Source of the DNA: Somniosus microcephalus
Taxonomy: Eukaryota
NCBI GenBank assembly: GCA_052327205.1
Contig: CM126211.1
Coordinates: 142,414,001-142,478,000 of the forward strand
Direction: 5' to 3'
Length of the DNA: 64,000 nt
Part shown: piece after piece, positions 35,388-48,200 of the stretch
Layout of the letters: every line of letters starts with the position of its first letter
Numbering within the stretch: the first letter of the stretch is position 1
Notes under the pieces: model-generated
The model's database searches: none
The model's input: the letters and a program-made list of their open reading frames with translations, nothing else
Told to the model about the DNA's origin: nothing
Position numbers and translations under genes: made by a program

Positions 35388-38300
35388 AATATACTTGCAA
35401 ACAGTGATATCACAATGAGACAAATTTGCAAGCTCTGGCCAGAAGCCAAAAATACCTCTCCTATGTTGGCCCAATTCAATAAGGTCTCTTCCTTGGTCTC
35501 TGTCCAGAAATCCGTAGCACTAAAGTCATTGCAGCAAAATGGCTGGCCTTTATAGTTCAGTCTAAGTGCCCTTTAATTAGTGCTCCCCGAGGCCCGCAGG
35601 GCCTCTGCTGCGTTCCACTTCACAGTTCTTAATAGCGCCACGCCCACATTGGGCGGGCGCCACTGAAGTTCCGGTTTGGGGCGCACAAACGGTGTTGCAC
35701 GACGAAATGATGTCATAAGCTGCGCGCGCAGCTGAGCGCGCGCAAACACTTTGCGCCGGCGCTAAATGTCAACTGAAGTTGGGCGTAGGCGCAGATCGGT
35801 CTGCGCCTGGGCGCTAAGTGCCTAGCGCTCGAAATCTACCCCTCTTATGGCGCTAACGGCTGGCGAACGCAACTGAATTTCTAGGCCTAGGTGTCAAACT
35901 GGGGAAGCTGCAACACAGGACAACATGCACGCTAAACAACGGAAGCCTCATGCTATAGACAGGGCTAAGCAATCCCACAACCAACAGATCAGATCAAAGC
36001 TCTGTAGTCCTGCCACATCCAGTTATGAATGGTGGTGGACCATTAAACAACTGACAGGAGGAGGAGGGTCCATGAATATCCCCATCCTCAATGCTGGCAG
36101 AGCCCAGCACGCGAGTGCAAAAGAAAAGGCTGAAGCGTTTGCAACCATCTTCAGCCAGAAGTGCCAAGTGGATGATCCATTGCAACCTCCTCCCGAGGTC
36201 CCCACCATCACAGAAGCCAGTCTCCAGCCAATTTGATTCACCCCACGTGATAAAGAAATGGCTGAGCACACTAGATACAGCAAAGGCTATGGGCCCTGAC
36301 CATATCCTGGCTGTTGTGCTGAAGACTTGTGCTCCAGAACTAGCTGCACCTCTAGCCAAGTTGTTCCAGTACAGCTACAACACTGGCATCTACCCTACAA
36401 CGTGGAAAACTGCCCAGGTATGTCCTGTCCACAAAAAGCAGGACAAATCCAATCTGGCCAATTACCGCCCCATCAGTCTACTCTCAAATCAGCAGCAAAG
36501 TGATGGAAGGTGTTGTCAACAGTGTTATCAAGTGGCACTTACCAATACAGATGGTCAGTTTGCGTTCCGCCAGGACCACTCAGCTCCAGATCTCATTACA
36601 GCCTTGGTCCGAACACGGACAAAAGAGATAAATTCCAGAGGTCAGGTGAGAGTGATTGCCCTTGGCATTAAGGCAGCATTTGACTGAGTGTGGCATCAAG
36701 GAGCCCTAGTAAAATTGAAGTCAATGGGAATCAGGGAAAATCTTTCCACTGGCTGGAGTCATACCTAGCACAAAGGAAGATGGTTGTGGTGGTTGAAGGT
36801 CAATCATCACTGCCCCAGGACATAGCTGCAGGAGTTCCTCAAGGCAGTGTCTTAGGCCCAACCATCTTCAGTTGCTTCATCAATGACCTTCCCTCCATCA
36901 TAAGGTCAGAAGTGGGGATGTTCGCTGATAATTGTACAGTGTTCAGTTCCATTCGCAACTCCTCAGATAATGAAGCAGTCCGTGCCCGCTTGCAGCAAGA
37001 CCTGGACAACAGTCAAGCTTGGGCTGATAAGTGGCACAACACAAATGCTCGGCAATGACTATCTCCAACAAACGAGAGTCGAACCACCTCCCCTTGACAT
37101 TCAACAGCATTACCATCGCCGAATAAACTTTTCATTAGTGCAAACTTTTTCAGCAACTTTCGAAGTGCACCCGCTGTCAGGAACCACTGCAGAAAATGCC
37201 TGCAAGGTCTTTTGGATTCCTTTCACAGTGAAACAGGTTCCTCTGCCTGCTTTCACTAACAGTAACATTTTCGTCCCTAATTGCTGAGCAGTTGGTGGGC
37301 AATCAGCCCAACTCTGCGCCAGCAATGAGTATTCCCCGTTGGTGTGGATCATCTGTCAAGGTGTACCTTGTAACCATCTGACCCATCAGAGGTAAAATAT
37401 AGAGTACAGTAAATCAATTTAAGTATATACACAGCAAACATTATTAAACTCTCTTTCCTGAACTTGCATGGATCCAGTTTATCAGTTAATAGTAAGTAGT
37501 TATCTGTTAGATATTAAACTGAGATAGGGGAATTAAAAATCAGAACCAGATTCAAAATTTGTGGCAAAGCATTGTGGTTATTTTATGTTTCTGTGCAGAT
37601 ATGTAGCGACAACAAAACACATTGAAAGACAATTACACTCCTCGCTTTCAATTCATTTCCATGATGAGTTACCCTGGAAACATTTTGGTTGATGAGATAT
37701 GAGGAGGGTAGAGCCTATTTCCGATCTGTGATCTGACAACAGGTGAAATGCACAGCCTCTGTTGAACCTTATTGGTATCTTTTTGATTTTAGCGGACATT
37801 GCAGAACAGGACAGCCCCAGTACGGTTAGCTGTAGAGAAATCTCTTTTGAGTATGGTAATGGGTACAAATGGGGAGTATAGTGTCTGCATATAGACCTAG
37901 AACCGTGTACTAGGTTTTCAGATTCAAAATTTATAAGTTGCAGCACGGTAAAGTGGTTACAAACATTCTATGCTGTCTGATGTGTGATTTGGTATCAGCT
38001 GTATGTCTGCTGCCAACTGGCAGCTGCTAATGCACATGGATTGCAAATTTCAATTACATTACAGACATTCATGGCCTTTGGGCCAACCTGTCATCCCCTG
38101 CTGGTGGTGAAGCTGTTGACAATGCTGAAATACTGGCTGTTTGTGATTCATTCTTAAGGACCAGGCAGTGAATGAGTTTGAATCCATTCAGGGCTATGAT
38201 CTTTTGGCCAGGCCTTGGCACAGAGAGTGAAGGGGTTGCTCTACATTTTAAACATGAGTTGGCAACCTCCAGTCTGAAATTAAGTACTTTCAGAGCCCTT

Positions 38301-41095
38301 TTGAAAAGTAATACACTGCAAACAGAAGAAAGACCTTTTAACTTAGCACTAGTTTAATATTTACCATCTGCTGTTTCTTACAGGGTTTCTGACCTATTAG
38401 GTATATTGCCAGAATTAAAACATCTACCCCAAATTTCTAATCATTGACTTCAGTTGCCATTTGTGAAAAGAAAGAAGAATGGGGATGTAATGTATATACC
38501 TTTAAGGAGGGAACTATTTTTTACAGCTCATGTATACTGCAGTACCGGCAGTGACCACACCTGTATATAACACTGAGTAGTAATCTGTACAGATCAGTTG
38601 CAGTGTGAGCCACGTTGAGTGAACACCTGTTGTACCGTTCTCCGCAGTCTGTGTCTTATTATACACGGACGTAACATTGGCGACGAGGCAGGTTAGAACC
38701 TACCTGCAACTCTGCATCACCTCCCGGGGATTCGTTCCTGGAGATCAGTGGATTGGAGGTCAAGGCCAGAGACTCGGGCGTCGACCACGGGCAACCGCCC
38801 AGTCATCCAGCAGAGGCTCGAGAATTGCGGGGGAGGCTGTCGAGAGCCAGGCTTGGCTTTCCAGTTGAGGTGGTCCAGCGAAACGGGCTGGCAACAGGTA
38901 GTGCGCAGACCCTTCCCGGACAGCGGCGGGCTAGAGCCCGACTGAGCGGCACAGCAAAGGGCCGAGCAGCGTCGACGGGGGAGAGAGAGAGAGGGCAGAG
39001 CGCACAGGGTGCAGCCAGTGTTCAGGGGCCTAGCAGCGTCGGAGAGAGGGAGAGAGAGACACGCGCAGAAACCCGCGAGGCACCGTCATTGCCACGAGGA
39101 CCGCCGAGTGCGGCGTTGGCAACAGCGGGGAGGGAGGAAAGCGCGGGAGTCGCCATTTTAAGCCATTGGGAGACGCCATTTTAAACCACACCCAAAATGC
39201 CGAAGAGTGGCAGTATCACCGCATTTGACAATGAAGTCGAATTTTGGACTACATATGTCGAACGAATAGAGGTGTACTGCAAGGCAAATGAGGTGTCAGA
39301 TGACAAGAAAGCGTCGGTATTGTTAAATTTAATGGGTGCAAAGACATATGGTTTATTACGAAATCTAGTAACCCCAACGAAGCCAATGGAAAAGAGTTTT
39401 GAAGACATAGTAACGATACTAAAGGAACATTTAAACCCCACACCACTGCTGATAGTAGAAAGATTCAAGTTTCACAAATGGAACCAGCATAAGGATAAAA
39501 GCAATGCTGATTATTTAACAGAACTGCGCAAACTATCGAAACACTGCCAGTTTGGAGCGGGACTGGCAGATACCTTAAGGGACAAGTTTGTGTGTGGGCT
39601 TCAAAGTGAAGGAACCCAGAAACGGCTTTTATCTGAAAAGGACCTTACGCTGGAAAAGGCTTTCAGCATTGCGGTATCATATGAAGCAGCAGCACGGGGC
39701 GCTGCAGAGATACAACAGAGACAGCAAGAATATGGCACAAACGAAATGTCATATGGAACAGAGAAGTGCTATTGCTGCGGCAGAACAACACACGACCAGA
39801 ATGATTGCTGGTTCAAAGACAAAGTGTGCAGACAGTGTGGAAAAGTAGGACACAAAGCACGAGTCTGCAGGTCGGGAAAGAAAACCAGCAATAAGAAACC
39901 TAACAAAGGAAAGTACAAGAAGGTACATAAGATGACGGAGAATAGTTCAGACGAACAAAAGAGTGATATCGACTCCGAAAGCAGGGAACTGAGTTGTCTG
40001 AAACTACATAATGTGATCACAACGGAGGATCACCGAACCATTTGGGTCACTCTCAAGTTAGCAGGAGTCCAGGTAAAGATGGAATTGGACACAGGATCAG
40101 CCCTAACAGTCATAAACCGACGGGACTACGAGCGGCTATTCTCACACATACCCTTGAGAGACACAAAAATTATTTTGAAGACGTACACGGGGCAAAAAGT
40201 CTACCCCAAAGGAAAAATAAGGGTGACCGTTAGAAATAACGGTAAGGAAACACCAAAACTAGACCTGTATGTATTGCAAGATGGAGGACCACCATTACTG
40301 GGATGTGAATGGATCCGGAAAATACAACTGGATCGGCATTCCATACAGGCACTGACTGTTAGATCCGTGGTTCAGTGGATAAATAATTACACGGGTGCTG
40401 TACATAAACAAACAACAGGTCTTTACTGGAGGAGGGTCATCTCTAGACTGGGGTACAGAGGCATGCGCACAGCTTATATACCGGTGTGGTTACTGCCGGT
40501 ACTACAGTATACAGGAGCTGTAAAAAGTAGTTCTGACTTAAAGCACATACACTACAATTCCTCCCTTTTTAGATTAATAATACCCCCTTAATATTCAAAT
40601 AACAATTACATTTTTACATGTACATTTAATAGCAAAAGTCCATTTATAGATTCAGTCTTTGGGGCGGCTTCCTGACCCTTTCAGGATAGCGCCTTTCCTA
40701 AGGTTCTTGTCCTTGGTGCAGAGGCGATTCTGACCCCTTTTCATTGGGTAGTTCATCGGGTTCCACTGCTACTGGTTCTGAGGTAGATGCTACCGGTATG
40801 TCGGGTTCATCCCCAGGTACTCGAGACATGGGGTTGACGCCTTCCTGTGACGCTAAGATCTGATCGACGTGGCGTCTCACAATGTTCTCCCCGACATCCA
40901 CTGTGTACATTAATGGCCCCTGCCTTGTACATATCGTTCCGGGTTGCCACTTCTCTGTTCGATAGTAAAGGGCCAAGACTGGTTGCCCTACATTGAAGCT
41001 CCTTGTCGGCTTCTTGTTGATGTGCTGAAATTGTTTGTCCTCAACATTCCTTCGCACATTTGGTCTGAGCAAGTCCAGACGAGATCTCAACCTTC

Positions 41096-44000
41096 ATAGA
41101 GTCATAGAGTCATAGAGTTTTACAGCAGAGAAAGAGGCCCTTCGGCCCATCGTGTCTGCGCCGCCCATCCATCCCTGTCCAGTCTAATCCCATTTTCCAG
41201 CATTTGGTCCATAGCCTTGTATGCAATGGCATTTCAAGTACTCATCCAAATGCTTCTTGAATGTTGTGAGGGTTCCTGCCTCCACCACCCTTTCAGGCAT
41301 TGAGTTCCACATTCCAACCACCCTCTGGGTGAAAAAGTTCCTCCTCAAATCCCCTCTAAATCTCCTGCCCCTTACCCTGAATCTATGCCCCCTTGTTATT
41401 GACCCCCCCACTAAGGGGAAAAGTTCCTCTTTATCTACCCTATCTATGCCCCTCATTATTTTGTACACCTCAATCAGGTCCCCCCTCAGCCTTCTCTGCT
41501 CCAAGGAAAACAACTCCAGCCTGTCCAGCCTCTCTTCATAGCTGAGGCGCTCCATCCCAGGTAACATCCTGGTGAATCTTCTCTGCACCCTCTCCAAAGC
41601 AATCACATCCTTCCTATAGTGAGGCGACCAGAACTGCACACAGTACTCCAGCTGTGGCCTCACCAGCGTTTTGTACAGCTCCATCATAACCTCCCTGCTC
41701 TTATATTCTATGCCTCGGCTAATGAAGGCAAGTATCCCATATGCCTTTTTAACCACCTTATCTACCTGCTCCGCTGCCTTCAGGGATCTATGTACATGTA
41801 CACCAAGGTCCCTCTGACCCTCTGTACTTCCTAGGGTCCTACCACTCATTGTGTATTCCCTTGCCTTATTTGTCCGTCCAAAATGCATCACCTCGCACTT
41901 TTCAGGGTTAAATTCCATTTGCCACTTTTCCGCCCATCTGACCAACCCGTTTATATCGTCCTGTAGCCGAAGGCTTTCCTCCTCGCAATTTACCACCCCA
42001 CCAATTTTCGTGTCATCTGCGAACTTACTGATCATACCTTTTACATTCTCATCCAAATCATTTATGTAGATCACAAACAATAAGGGACCCAGCACCGATC
42101 CCTGAGGTACCCCACTGGACACAGGCTTCCAGTCACAAAAGCAACCTTCGACCATCACCCTCTGCCTCCTGCCACTCAGCCAGTTTAGGATCCAACGCGC
42201 CAAGGCACCCTGGATCCCATGGGCTCTTACCTTCTTGACCAGTCTCCTATGCGGGACTTTGTCAAAAGCTTTACTGAAGTCCATGTAAACCACATCCACA
42301 GCATTTCCCTCATCCACCCCACTAGTCACCCCCTCGAAAAATTCGATCAGATTTGTTAGACATGATTTACCCTTGACAAAGCCATGCTGACTATCCCCGA
42401 TTAATCCTTGCCTCTCCAAGTGGAGATTAATTTTGTCCCTCAGAATTTTTTCCAATAATTTCCCCACCACAGATGTTAGACTCACTGGCCTGTAATTCCC
42501 TGGTTTATCCCTGCTACCCTTCTTGAATAATGGTACTACGTTAGCTGTTCTCCAGTCCTCTGGTACATCCCCTGTGGCCAGAGAGGTTCTGAAAATTAGT
42601 GTCAGAGCCCCTGCAATCTCCTCCCTTGCCTCCCACAGCAGCCTGGGATACATCTCGTCCGGGCCTGGGGATTTATCCACTTTTTGGCCCGCTAAAACCG
42701 CTAGCACCTCCTCCCTCTCGATGCTAATATGTTCAAGTATGTCACAGTCCCCTTGCCCGATTTCTATGTCTGCATCGTCTTTCTCCATAGTGAACACAGA
42801 TGCAAAAAATTCATTTAAAACCCCGCCTACATCCTCTGGCTCTACACACAGATTGCCACTTTGGTCCCTAATGGGCCCTACCCTTTCCCTGGTTATCCTC
42901 TTGCCCTTAATATACTTATAAAACATCTTAGGATTTTCCTTTATTTTGCTCGCCAGTGTTATTTCATGGCCCCTCCTCGCCCTCCTAATTTCTTTTTTAA
43001 GTATGCCCCTGCACTTTTTATACTCCTCTAGGGCTTCTTCTGTCTTTAGTCTTTTGTAACTGCCAAAAGCCCCCCTTTTATTTCTAATGCATTTTTGTAT
43101 ATCCCTTGTCATCCAAGGTTCCCTTTGCTTGTTGGTCCCACCCTTGACCTTTACAGGAACATGTTGGCGTTGTACTCTCTCTATTTCCCTTCTGAAAGTC
43201 TCCCACTGTTTTGATGTGGATTTTCCTATAAGCAGCTGCTCCCAGTCCACTTTGGCCAGATCCTGCCTTATCATATTAAAATCGGCCTTCCCCCAATTTA
43301 GAACCCTTATTTCCGGGCCGTCTTTGTCTTTTTCCATGACCACCTTAAATCTCACCGAATTATGGTCACTGTCGCCAAAATGCTCTCCTACTGACACTTC
43401 CACCACTTGCCCGGCTACATTCCCCAGAATTAGGTCCAGTACCGCCCCCTCTCTTGTAGGACTTTCTACATGTTGGCTCTAAAAGCTCTCCTGGATGCAC
43501 TTTAAGAATTCTGCACCCTCTAAGCCTTTCACACTCTGACTGTCCCAATTTATATTGGGGAAGTTGATATCCCCCACTATTATTACCCTATTATTTTCGC
43601 ACTTCTCTGAGATTTGCCGACATATCTGTTCCTCTATCTCCCCCTGACTGTTTGGGGGCCTATAGTACACTCCCAGCAAAGTGCTTGCCCCCTTTTTGTT
43701 TTTAAGTTCTACCCATATGGCCTCATTAGAGGAACCCGCTAATATATCATCCCTCCTTACAGCAGTAATTGACTCCTTAATTAATATTGCAACACCCCCT
43801 CCCCTTTTACACCCCCCTCTGTCTCGCCTGAAGATTCTATACCCCGGAATATTGAGCTGCCAGTCCTGACCCTCCCTCAACCATGTCTCCGTGATAGCAA
43901 CAATATCGTACTCCCATGTGTTCAACAACAACTTCAGTTCATCCACCTTATTTGCAAGACTCCTTGCATTAAAATAAAAGCCTTCCAGCCCTGCCATATT

Positions 44001-44753
44001 CTCTTTTGCCTTCACATATTTGCTCTGCCTTCCCAGCTGACTTGTTTTTCCCTCTGTATTTGGCCGTAAATCACCCCCTACTATAGCTCCACTCTGTACC
44101 CCAACCCCCTGCCAAGTTAGTTTAAACCCTCCCCAGCAGTGCTAGCAAACCTCCCCGCGAGGATATTGGTTCCCCCCTGGTTCAGGTGTAAACCGTCCGA
44201 CTTGTACAAGTCCCACCTTTCCCAGAAGCAGACCCAGTGATCCAGGAAAATAAAGCCCTCCCCCCTGCACCATCCCTTTAGCCACGCATTCATCTGTTCT
44301 ATCTTCCTATTCCTATACTTACCAGCACATGGCACCGGGAGTAATCCAGAGATTACAACCTTTGAGGTCCTGCTCCTTAATCCTTCACCTAGCTCCCTAA
44401 ATTCTTGCTGCAGGACCTCATCCCTCTTTTTACCTATGTCGTTGGTACCAATGTGGACCACGACCACTGGCTGTTCTCCCTCCCCCTCCAGAATGCCCTG
44501 CAGCCGCTCAGTGACATCCTTGACCCTGGCACCAGGGAGGCAACAAACCATCCTGGATTCACGTCTACGGCCACAGAAACGCCTATCTGTTCCCCTTACT
44601 ATAGAATCCCCTACCACTATTGCTCTCCCACTCTTTTTCCCCCCTTCCTGGGCAGCAGGAGCACCCCCAGTGCCAGGAAGTTGGCCGCTGCTGCCTTCCC
44701 CTGGTGAGTCATCCCCCTCAACAGTATCCAAAGCGGTATACTTGTTTGAAAGT
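41096..44753 (-). mobile_element. CR1 LINE, 5'-truncated within ORF1, inserted in the integrase of element C
   Basis: 3' tail (ACTCTATG)x3 at about 41096-41118; ORF2 plus ORF1 C-terminus; Gypsy sequence rejoins across it with about 2 bp lost and no TSD. Confidence 0.95.
41184..44015 (-). pseudogene. CR1 ORF2 (APE endonuclease + RT) with a single in-frame stop at 43479-43481
   Basis: YFNARSL, ITETWL, YYRPP, GDINF, SDH, NYRPVSLTS, GVPQGSVLGP, FADDTK; the two ORF pieces are in the same frame. Confidence 0.93.
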
Positions 44754-45241
44754 TTAAAGAACATCATGGCCGGGGTCTGGTTAGTAACTGCATGTGTCGC
44801 GTTTCGGTAGGCTAATAAGAAATTGTCCATCTTATGCTGTAGTGGAATTTCCTCGTTGCACATGGCCTTTATCGCCTTCTTAAAGGTTTGTACGAACCTC
44901 TCAGCCAATTCATTGGTGGCTGGATGATATGGGACGGATGTGTAATGCCTTACCCCATTCCTTTTCATGAATTTTTGGAACTCGTCGGACACAAACTGTG
45001 GTCCATTATCAGAGCAGATCCACTCTGGCAAACCGTTTCTGGCAAATATGGTCCGTAGGACTGCAATCGTTTTCTCTGTAGTGGTTGAAGACATCTTTAT
45101 CACCTCAGGCCACTTTGAATGAGCATCCACTGCTATTAAGAACATTGAGTCCATGAATGGACCAGCAAAATCAATGTGCACCCGTTGCCATGGAGAGGAG
45201 GGCCACTCCCATGGGTGTAGGAGGGGCATGTGGTGGTGCAT
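44117..45241 (-). CDS. Chimeric ORF: Gypsy integrase core fused in frame to the CR1 ORF1 SGNH esterase domain
   Basis: HIDFAG/SDNG/AERF followed, after the junction at 44753/44754, by VVGDS, GTND and DGLH. Expression unknown. Confidence 0.55.
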   Translation of the reverse strand: MHHHMPLLHPWEWPSSPWQRVHIDFAGPFMDSMFLIAVDAHSKWPEVIKMSSTTTEKTIAVLRTIFARNGLPEWICSDNGPQFVSDEFQKFMKRNGVRHYTSVPYHPATNELAERFVQTFKKAIKAMCNEEIPLQHKMDNFLLAYRNATHAVTNQTPAMMFFKLSNKYTALDTVEGDDSPGEGSSGQLPGTGGAPAAQEGGKKSGRAIVVGDSIVRGTDRRFCGRRRESRMVCCLPGARVKDVTERLQGILEGEGEQPVVVVHIGTNDIGKKRDEVLQQEFRELGEGLRSRTSKVVISGLLPVPCAGKYRNRKIEQMNAWLKGWCRGEGFIFLDHWVCFWERWDLYKSDGLHLNQGGTNILAGRFASTAGEGLN

Positions 45242-48200
45242 TTTGGACCTTCTGGCATCCTAAGCAGCTCTTAGTTAGGTCTTCGATTTGTTGATCGATT
45301 CCCGGCCACCACACATAAGCCCTAGCAAGGCTTTTCATTTTCACTCCCCCCAGATGACCTTCATGTAGCTCATTTAGCACTCTCTCCCTTAACTTGGGTG
45401 GAATCACCACGCTGGATCCACACATCACTGTCCCCTGGCATACTGACAGCTGTTCTCTTCTGGATGAGAATGCTGGCAACAGTGAGTCGCCATGTGTTGG
45501 CCATCCCCTCACCGTCAATTCATATACCCGTGACAGCGTCGGATCATTGCTGGTCTCCTTCTCTATATCCGCGTTTGTTACTGGCAATCGTTCAATTATC
45601 GCTGAATAAAATATCTCGATAGGGTCCACTGCTGGTGCTTCCTCCACCGTAGGCAGTGGCAGGCACGATAGCCCATCAGCGTTCCCATGCTGTTTCGTGC
45701 CTTTATATTCTATTTCATATTGATTCGCCCCTAGAAACAGGGACCATCTTTGTAACCGCTGTGCAGTCATTACTGGCACGCCCTTCTTATGATTAAAGAT
45801 GGAGACAAGTGGTTGGTGGTCAGTCAGCAAGGTGAACTTCTGCCCATGCAGATAATGGTTGAATTTTTTTACTCCCCATACTAGGCTGAGGGCCTCCCTG
45901 TCAATCTGGGCGTAGTTGCGCTCGGCTGAGGTTAGTGACCGAGACGCGAAGGCCACTGGCCTCTCCAACCCATCTGGGAATTTGTGCGACAGCACCGCTC
46001 CAATGCCGTAGGGTGATGCGTCACATACCAAACGAATTGGTAGTGCTGGGTTGAAATGGGCCAACACCTCTTTTGATGTGATCAAGTCTTTACACTTCTG
46101 GAAAGCTCGTCTACGTTCGTCATCCCACTTCCATGGTACCCCTGTTTGCAGTAGGTTGTTCAGCGGGTGTAGTACCGTAGACAAATTTGGTAATAACTTG
46201 TGGTAATAGTTTACCAGCCCGAGGAACGACCTCAGTTGTGACACATTTTCCGGTGCTGGAGCCTTGACTACTGCCTCAATCTTGTCAGGGTACTTATGTA
46301 ACCCCTCTTCATCGATGACGTGGCCGCGATACAAGATCTCTTTCTGGAAAAACTCGCACTTGTGGCGATTAGCTCGTAGCCTATATTCCTTTAATCTGGC
46401 GAGCACCTTCTCCAAGTTAGCGAGGTGATCACCGTCATTTTCGCCCGTGACCAAGATGTCGTCCAAATAACACTGGGTCCCTGGAATCCCTTGCAGGACC
46501 TGATCCATCGCCCTTTGCCAGATAGCCGGAGCTGAGGCTACTCCAAACACCAGCCGGTTGTATTGATAGAGACCTTTATGGGTGTTGATCGTAAGGTAAT
46601 GTTTCGAAGCTTCTTCTACCTCCATTTGCAAGTACGCCTGGGCTAGATCAATTTTGGTGAAGCATTTACCACCAGATAGCGAGGCGAAAATATCCTCAAT
46701 TCGTGGAAGCGGATATTGCACCGTGTGAAGGACTGGGTTCACTGTCACCTTAAAATCCCCACAGATGCGGATCTTCTTTGGTTCCCCAGGCATATTACTC
46801 AACGACCTCTTCATTACAGGGACGATGGGTGTAGCCCACTCGCTCCAGTCCACTTTGGACAGTACTCCTGAACGTTCCAACCCTTCCAGCTCTGCTTCAA
46901 CCGCTGGTCTGATCGCATAAGGCACTGGTCTGGCCTTCAGAAACTTTGGGCTTGTATTATCCTCTATTTTAATTGTTGCTGTTATTCCTTTTAGTGTTCC
47001 TAGTCCCTCCTGGAACACTTCTTTTGCGTCAGTTAGCATTTTTGACAGTCGTCCAGGTGTGACGTCGTCATCCTTTTTGGCCTCCACCTTCACTGCCTGT
47101 ATGGAATGCCAATCTAAATGTATCTTCCGGATCCACTCACGTCCTAGCAGTGGTGGTCCTCCATTTGGCAATATATATATATCCATTTTAGGTATTTCCT
47201 GACCTTTATATGTCACTTTCACCCTTATTTTTCCTTTGGAGTAGACTTTTTGCCCCGTATACGTCTTCAAGACAATCTCTGTAGCTTTCAAGGGTATGTG
47301 TGAAAATAGCCGCTTGTAGTCTCTTTGATTTATGACTGTTAGAGCTGACCCTGTGTCCAATTCCATTTCCACTTGGACTCCGTCTATCTTGAGTGTAACC
47401 CAGATAGTCTGGTGATCCTCCATTTCGGTTACATTATGCAGTTTCAGACAACCCAGCTCCTTGCTTCCGGAGTCTGTGTCACTTTTCTGTTCGTCTGAAC
47501 CACTGTCCATCACCTGGTGTACCTTTTTGTACTTCTCCTGTGGAGATTTCTTACTGTTGGTTTTCTTCCCAGACCTGCAGACTCTTGCTATGTGTCCTGC
47601 TTTCCCACACTGTCTGCACACTTGGTCCTTGAACCAACAATCTTTCTGGTCATGTGTTGTTCTGCCGCAGCGATAGCACTTCCCTGTTCCATAGGTCATT
47701 TCGTTGGTGCCGTATTCTTGCGGTCTCCATTGTATCTCTGCAGCGCCCCTTGCGGCTGCTTCGTGTGAAACTGCCATATTGAAAGCTTTGTCCAGCGTAA
47801 GGTCCTTTTCTGATAGAAGCCGTTTCTGGGTTCCTTCACTTTGTAGCCCACACACAAACTTGTCCCTTAACGTGTCTGCTAGTCCCGCTCCAAACTGGCA
47901 GTATTTCGATAGCTTGCGCAGTTCCGTTAGGTACTCAGCATTGCTTTCATCTTTGTGTTGGTTCCTTTTATGGAACTTAAATCGTTCTGCTATCAGCAGC
48001 GGTGTGGGGCTTAAGTGGTCCTGTAGAATTTCTACTATGCTTCCAAAATCCTTGTTTACCGTCTTTTCTGGGGCTATTAGATTTTGCAGTAACCCATAAG
48101 TTTTTGAACCCATGGAATTTAACAGAACCAGTGCTTTATTAGCATCTGGCACTTCATTTGCCCTGCAGTACACCTCAATACGTTCCACATATGTCGCCCA

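Larger units (their letters stand above)
31437..35887. mobile_element. PIF/Harbinger transposon, full length and nearly intact (4451 bp)
   Basis: Perfect 16-bp TIRs GGCCTAGAAATTCAGT, 3-bp TSD TAG (31434-31436, 35888-35890), convergent Myb and transposase genes. Confidence 0.97.
30500..37124 (+). mobile_element. APE-RT LINE (CR1/L2 group), decayed, split by a Harbinger insertion
   Basis: APE motifs VILTESYL and SDH; RT motifs KAMGPD, NYRPISLL, GVPQGSVLGP, FADN; sequence rejoins across 31437-35887; 3' end missing. Confidence 0.85.

Noticed and set aside
37792-37823. Possible host micro-exon (ttttgattttag/CGGACATT...AGTACG/gttagc)
   Set aside because: Weak donor and no partner exons identifiable; needs RNA-seq.
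39197-40591. 464-aa ORF with a novel C-terminus
   Set aside because: The tail is read-through into the antisense LTR of element C after the insertion point at 40356.
41221-43869. Plus-strand ORFs antisense to CR1 ORF2 (and similar ones antisense to the Gypsy and Harbinger genes)
   Set aside because: Shadow ORFs of the coding strand with no independent motifs.
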